From positions 8,765 through 72,764 of the IMG/VR virus record IMGVR_UViG_3300025646_000028: 64,000 bases of DNA; one strand, written 5' to 3'. Positions within the stretch are counted from its first letter, which is position 1, and every line of letters starts with the position of its first letter. Below, piece by piece: positions 59,328 through 64,000 of the stretch. The notes below the pieces were generated by a model that was given only the letters and a program-made list of their open reading frames with translations, was not told the origin of the DNA and did no database searches. The position numbers and the translations under genes were made by a program. This DNA comes from a virus.

Positions 59328-59777
59328 CTAATCAATAATTCCATTTTTTCTTAACACATCTATTGTACCACGATACAAGTCACGTTGTTCCTGTAAATGT
59401 GCATTTTCTCTGCGGAGATCGTTAAGTTGTTTACCTGCACTGTTTAACACACCGTATAATAAATCAAATAAATCTTTCGTTATCACATGTGTACGTTCGC
59501 CAGCACTATTGACAAATTGATTGTTATAAGTAGCACGAACATTTTTTTCTACAACAGTATATCGGCGTTTGTTACTACCGACCATCGCTGTTTCACATTC
59601 CATTAACTGGAAGTTTGTCGCATCAAGTATCGTACGTTCTGTCCCAGGCTTTGCAACTTGCATACCTACCATACCCGTGGGGGTATGTACAGGTTTATTA
59701 GGAACTTGATTGGCTTCACGAAGTTGCTTTTCTTCTATTTCTTTTTGGATACGTTTGTTAATTTCATCAAAGCTCAT
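59328..59777 (-). CDS. Hypothetical protein with C-terminal coiled coil
   Basis: ATGA-type overlap within the operon. Confidence 0.65.
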   Translation of the reverse strand: MSFDEINKRIQKEIEEKQLREANQVPNKPVHTPTGMVGMQVAKPGTERTILDATNFQLMECETAMVGSNKRRYTVVEKNVRATYNNQFVNSAGERTHVITKDLFDLLYGVLNSAGKQLNDLRRENAHLQEQRDLYRGTIDVLRKNGIID

Positions 59778-60100
59778 AGTTTTTTACCGTGTTTGTATGG
59801 ACGCGTAATATTATAAAAGTGTTTTTCTAACACAGCTTTCTCCATATCGATACCAAAATACTCTGCTAAGTCAAGCACACGGATGATAACGTCAGCTAAT
59901 TCAGCAGGAATACCTTCAGGTTTCTTACCTTCGCTGTAATACGTTTCATCTTCGGCGTGTCCAGTACGATATTCTTCTAGTGCTTCTGATACTTCGCTAT
60001 GCACAAGCGCGAGTAATTCAGGAATATCCCGGCGATTATCCCACCATCCATGTTCCTTCGCATTGTGGTGAATCATTTCTTGCAATTCTTTGATTGTCAT
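59774..60100 (-). CDS. MazG-like nucleotide pyrophosphohydrolase
   Basis: LALVHSEVSEALE..ELADVIIR.LD..K..YN..RPYKHGK. Confidence 0.9.
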   Translation of the reverse strand: MTIKELQEMIHHNAKEHGWWDNRRDIPELLALVHSEVSEALEEYRTGHAEDETYYSEGKKPEGIPAELADVIIRVLDLAEYFGIDMEKAVLEKHFYNITRPYKHGKKL

Positions 60101-60327
60101 TGTAGTTCTCCTTTCTTCATGAAAACAACTTCATGATCCATAATGACATTTTTAGTTTTCTTAAACTTACCGTAGAGTGCTAACGAGATCATCGGTCTTG
60201 ATACCATCAGATAATCTGCAGCTTCTTGTTGTGTTTGGAATACGTGCCAACGTGTTTCGCCGAGCTTACGCACTCCGATTAATCCTCGATATAACTTACG
60301 CATCTTTAACATCCTCAACTTGATCAC
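60097..60327 (-). CDS. Small HTH (NUMOD1-like) protein
   Basis: FQTQQEAADYLMVSRPMISLAL. Confidence 0.6.
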   Translation of the reverse strand: MIKLRMLKMRKLYRGLIGVRKLGETRWHVFQTQQEAADYLMVSRPMISLALYGKFKKTKNVIMDHEVVFMKKGELQ

Positions 60328-60472
60328 TAAATAGCATGATCATACCTACATCAGTAATCTTAACAAGCAGTGCGCCGTTCTCAATAAGATCAACGACCTC
60401 ACCGATTTGTCCAACACGTACACCTTTTTTATAATCACGTGGTCTTAGCTCTTTAACTTTTACAATGCGCAT
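60296..60472 (-). CDS. 58-aa SH3-like beta protein
   Basis: Translated by hand: MRIVKVKELRPRDYKKGVRVGQIGEVVDLIENGALLVKITDVG... Confidence 0.55.
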   Translation of the reverse strand: MRIVKVKELRPRDYKKGVRVGQIGEVVDLIENGALLVKITDVGMIMLFSDQVEDVKDA

Positions 60473-60479
60473 ATATTTA

Positions 60480-60833
60480 TTATACCATGTCTGTTAACGT
60501 AATGACGATATCTTCCGTTGTAGACTTCTCTTTTGTGATTATGATTGAGGTGATCTGTGATCCTGTATCATACGCGTATCCATGTAGCGCTTCGATAAAT
60601 AAGTTTGCAACAAGATCTAAACGTGGATACTTAGCTAACACATTGTGTTTGTAACGCAGTAAGATGTTCATCGTTACAGGAATCTTAGCTTTATAAAACG
60701 TATTCGGACATTGTGCTAGGAACTCCCGAACAATGTTTGCGCGGAACTCCCGTTGCGCCTGAGGCGACATATAGTCGCTCAGGGTTTTACGGATGACAAA
60801 CTTATTTAAGTACGGCATATTGTAACCAATCAT
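60480..60833 (-). CDS. RusA-like fold protein (degenerate)
   Basis: PRLDLVANLFIEALHGYAYDTGSQITSIIITK resembles RusA PD.DN..K...DAL....DD.QI, but key acidic residues are altered. Confidence 0.45.
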   Translation of the reverse strand: MIGYNMPYLNKFVIRKTLSDYMSPQAQREFRANIVREFLAQCPNTFYKAKIPVTMNILLRYKHNVLAKYPRLDLVANLFIEALHGYAYDTGSQITSIIITKEKSTTEDIVITLTDMV

Positions 60834-61998
60834 TCTTGATGTGTTTGATATGCGGGATCATCGAGTGGTTGCAGTCCAGCAACGTACCATCTTCATCTAC
60901 GGTAACTGTGACAATCAAAGCACCGCTATCGTTACGAATGCGTTTACCTTTTTCCCAGTCAGATTGTAAGTGCGTAGATGGGACTTCAAAGTACCAGACG
61001 TTACGGTACCACATGCTAATGTACTTGTGGTGGTGTCCCACGAATAACATGTGCGGCTTATCTCCCCCACTGAGAGAGTCTAAATACTTTTGACCAGAGT
61101 AGGATAGTGCATACGCTGATCCGTCTTGAGGATGGAAAAGTTCCATCTTGCAGTTTGGTGTTAAGTTAATCACGGCTGTATTGATGCCGAGGTATTTCAT
61201 ATCTTGACGGCTAGCTTCAATACGTTTACCAATGTTAGCCCCACCATTTTGAATGTGGAAGTGGTCGTGGTTACCGGTAATGAAGTACGTTGTAATACCT
61301 TCGCGTTCTGGATAGTTACGGATAATATGGTCCGCTTGATCATCAAAGCTAATTGCATGGAGCGAATAGATGTGATCATCACGAGACTTCTTAAAGCCTT
61401 CACTAATGTCACCACAGTGGTAGACATTCGTGATGCCACGTTCTTGAGCTAAGTCATATAAGTAATGTAAGAAAGTAACTTGTTCATTCTTACTACCCAT
61501 GTGACTATCACTAATCACCATAAAGGTGAATGTACGTGTGTCACCCATGTTGTGACTATACTCAGATTTTTGTGGAATAAGATTACGTTCGAGTAAAAAG
61601 ACGTAGTCATCGCCATCATAAGTACTATTGATACTATAGATACCTTCGGTTTCAATTTCTTTGACAACACCTAAGATCTCATATCGTGATAATCCAGTTG
61701 CCTTACGAAGATCTCCCATCGTGCGAGTTTGCTTAAGCAGTTGAATAAGCGTTTCACGTTGAGCCGATGGATCTTCCGTCTTTGTTACTTTTGTTTCTTT
61801 TGTCACAACTTGTTTGTGGTCAACTTGTGTTAAACGTTCCGAACGTTTTTGCCAGGTTGATGCATTACTGTTTTCTCCAAACGTTGCATTCAATTCTTCC
61901 TGTGCAGCTTTCCAGCTGACTTGACCCAGCTTGTTACGGTACTTATTACCGATCTTACTTAATTCAATTTGGTCTTCTCGTTTTTTATTGTTATACAT
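60802..61998 (-). CDS. Calcineurin-like metallophosphoesterase with N-terminal HTH
   Basis: SDSHMG, HCGDISEG, TGNHD, FHP, GHHH. Confidence 0.9.
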   Translation of the reverse strand: MYNNKKREDQIELSKIGNKYRNKLGQVSWKAAQEELNATFGENSNASTWQKRSERLTQVDHKQVVTKETKVTKTEDPSAQRETLIQLLKQTRTMGDLRKATGLSRYEILGVVKEIETEGIYSINSTYDGDDYVFLLERNLIPQKSEYSHNMGDTRTFTFMVISDSHMGSKNEQVTFLHYLYDLAQERGITNVYHCGDISEGFKKSRDDHIYSLHAISFDDQADHIIRNYPEREGITTYFITGNHDHFHIQNGGANIGKRIEASRQDMKYLGINTAVINLTPNCKMELFHPQDGSAYALSYSGQKYLDSLSGGDKPHMLFVGHHHKYISMWYRNVWYFEVPSTHLQSDWEKGKRIRNDSGALIVTVTVDEDGTLLDCNHSMIPHIKHIKNDWLQYAVLK

Positions 61999-62002
61999 TG
62001 TT

Positions 62003-62146
62003 TTACAATCTTGCTATGATAATAGCAATTTCCTTTCTTAAGCGCTTTAAAGTGTTAATCTGATAGCTGGTTGGATTTTTAATTCGTTCCAGTTTGCGGA
62101 TACGTTCACCCAACCTTTGAAACTCGACCCATGGATTTTTATTCAT
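62003..62146 (-). CDS. 47-aa basic helical peptide
   Basis: Translated by hand; AAGGAGG RBS; MNKNPWVEFQRLGERIRKLERIKNPTSYQINTLKRLRKEIAIIIARL. Confidence 0.6.
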   Translation of the reverse strand: MNKNPWVEFQRLGERIRKLERIKNPTSYQINTLKRLRKEIAIIIARL

Positions 62147-62531
62147 TGCTTACCTCCTTGGTAACTGCATAATAAATCTTGATGAGATCTTTCAATGTTT
62201 CAGGACGATTTGCATGGATGCGCTTTTCTAACAGCGACTTAGTCAACTTATACATTTCGTTCTTATCATTGAAGATAACGTAGTAGTAGAATTCAGTACC
62301 ATGTTTGCAAACGTACTTATCGTAATAGAGGTACTGGCCTGCAACTTGGTAGAAGTCTCGAATGGATAATCGTCCAGATGTTTCGAACACATTGTGTTTA
62401 TAGATTTGGTACAGCGCTGTGGCTTTAACAAGGACGGCATAATCACGGAACGAATCAAGTTCGGTAACATTGTGTTCCACTTTGTGGCATCTTGGACTGA
62501 TAAAGTTTTGAAAGAATGCATCGGTCTTCAT
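62139..62531 (-). CDS. Hypothetical protein
   Basis: GGAGG RBS; coupled ORF. Confidence 0.65.
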   Translation of the reverse strand: MKTDAFFQNFISPRCHKVEHNVTELDSFRDYAVLVKATALYQIYKHNVFETSGRLSIRDFYQVAGQYLYYDKYVCKHGTEFYYYVIFNDKNEMYKLTKSLLEKRIHANRPETLKDLIKIYYAVTKEVSNE

Positions 62532-62710
62532 ATGTTACCTCCCATCATGATTGTTTCTAGATCGTTTATACTAATGTGTCTTACGCCTGTGCTGGTGTTA
62601 ATCTCAAGTTTATCTGTGTCTACTATCTTTACTTTAATACCTAGCTCTTGATTGACATAGGCTCCGCTCGGATCTTTGACGAAGCCCATGTTCAACAATT
62701 TTATTTTCAT
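62528..62710 (-). CDS. Hypothetical protein
   Basis: ATGA overlap with the primase stop. Confidence 0.6.
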   Translation of the reverse strand: MKIKLLNMGFVKDPSGAYVNQELGIKVKIVDTDKLEINTSTGVRHISINDLETIMMGGNI

Positions 62711-64000
62711 ATATGCTGGACTTCTTTGTCAAAGAACGTCGAGCGTTTGATACCTTGCACATAGTAAGATCCGTTTTTATGTACGAGGGTAGCACTTTGT
62801 AAGTAACCTTCAACTAAATTTTGGAAACCGTTAGTGCCTTTATTACGAATTGGTTTACGTCCGTTTGATTTACAGTACTGTTCATACATACGGTAGAGAT
62901 CACTACGGAGCATCTCATCTTTGTTGTCACCGGTTACAACGATACATTCTGTCCAAAACATCCCGATGATGTCTGAGTCTTGGCGATATTGATTGAACTT
63001 CGCTTCGACGTGTGCAGGTTTTGTTTCTTGCTTGAGCTTGATACCTTTGTGTTTAAAGTAGTTGAGATACAACCACGCTTGGATCTTAGGATATTCTACT
63101 GCAAGTTTATTCAGTAAGTCTGGATCTTCTTTGGTAATACGGTATTCGAATGGAACAAGGATGAGCCGTTTGAAGATTGGATCAAGTGCGGACCAGTCTC
63201 CGAAATTAATGAGTGAGTTCGCAATCACGAGTGGAGTCCCGCATACGTTCACTTCATAGTTTCTAGAATAAGCTGGGCGCACAACGGTCATTATTTTATT
63301 TCCGAATTCATCACGACCACCTTCGGTAAGGTCTTTAATGTTTTGTGTAGATGCGATCATACGTTCGTCAATTTCATTGAAGATCAGTAAGCTACGACCT
63401 TCAGTCGCTGCGAGTGCGTCATCCTTCTTAAATGATGACTGTGGTTGTGAGTTAAGTAACTCTGCGTTCATACGAATCGCATGTGGTCCAAGAATATCTT
63501 GTAACACTTTGATCACAGTACTTTTACCATTACGTCCTGATTCACCGATAAAATAAATCATGACTTGGTTATAGTTGTATGGTGACATTAAGTATGCCAA
63601 CACTTTGTGAAAGTACTCGATGCGATCTGGATCATTCAGCATGTAATCACTGATTAGCTTTAGCCAGAGTGTTGGTTCTTCGTCCGTTGTGTTAATCGGA
63701 ATCGGACTAATGTGCATCAAGTGTAAATCTTGTGTTTCTTTAAACGTCTTGGCCGAAAGATTAAAGCTTGGTAAGCTCATATCTAAGATTGCACGTCGAC
63801 CATCCGTAGTATTAAAGTAACGAAGATGTTCCGTTGCATTCACGATGTCAGAACTTTTTCGGATCATGAACACGATCGCGGTACGGATACGATCGGCAAG
63901 CGCATTTAATCTTGCTGTGACAAAAAACGCTCGAGCATAACGCGCAAGGATATAGTCCTTCGCTGCATCTGCTTCTTCGGCAACCACAGTGAAAAAGTCC
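62707..64000 (-). CDS. D5/P4-family primase-helicase (SF3 helicase part), 5'-truncated by the window
   Basis: Walker A GESGRNGKS, Walker B LIFNE, IKDLTEGG, KRLILVPF, C-terminal winged helix LYRMYEQYC; frame is open to the window edge. Confidence 0.85.
   Translation of the reverse strand, partial: DFFTVVAEEADAAKDYILARYARAFFVTARLNALADRIRTAIVFMIRKSSDIVNATEHLRYFNTTDGRRAILDMSLPSFNLSAKTFKETQDLHLMHISPIPINTTDEEPTLWLKLISDYMLNDPDRIEYFHKVLAYLMSPYNYNQVMIYFIGESGRNGKSTVIKVLQDILGPHAIRMNAELLNSQPQSSFKKDDALAATEGRSLLIFNEIDERMIASTQNIKDLTEGGRDEFGNKIMTVVRPAYSRNYEVNVCGTPLVIANSLINFGDWSALDPIFKRLILVPFEYRITKEDPDLLNKLAVEYPKIQAWLYLNYFKHKGIKLKQETKPAHVEAKFNQYRQDSDIIGMFWTECIVVTGDNKDEMLRSDLYRMYEQYCKSNGRKPIRNKGTNGFQNLVEGYLQSATLVHKNGSYYVQGIKRSTFFDKEVQHI

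Noticed and set aside
1-64000. Alternative genetic code, tRNA genes, integrase, introns or inteins
   Set aside because: Genes pack tightly under code 11 with TAA, TAG and TGA all used as stops; I saw no cloverleaf, recombinase or splicing motifs by eye (tRNAscan-SE would be decisive)

Overview
The window is a slice of a low-GC, standard-genetic-code tailed phage genome with podovirus-like structural genes. Two convergent gene blocks meet at ~6.7 kb. The + block (1-6669) holds an SSB-like gene end, SNF2-like helicase, family A DNA polymerase, PD-(D/E)xK exonuclease and AAA_24/Sak4-like ATPase. The - block (64000->6761) runs D5-like primase/helicase, metallophosphoesterase, MazG-like, VRR-NUC, terminase, portal, scaffold, adaptor, nozzle, ejection protein, membrane proteins, tail fibres, a chain of tiny basic ORFs, an N4-gp56-type major capsid protein and a 7903-aa protein. 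The main discovery is inside that giant protein. It carries, in cellular order, the conserved beta and beta' motifs of a two-barrel (double-psi beta-barrel) RNA polymerase, including a GADNDGD catalytic loop. It also has a DEDD 3'-5' exonuclease-like domain and an N-terminal hydrophobic segment, so it is probably an ejected, single-chain virion RNA polymerase polyprotein. Sigma-A-like extended -10 promoters, a Prp-type LNLQxF N-terminus and the lack of a recognisable endolysin point to a Bacillota host, possibly a wall-less Mollicute. All calls come from motifs read by eye; no searches were run.
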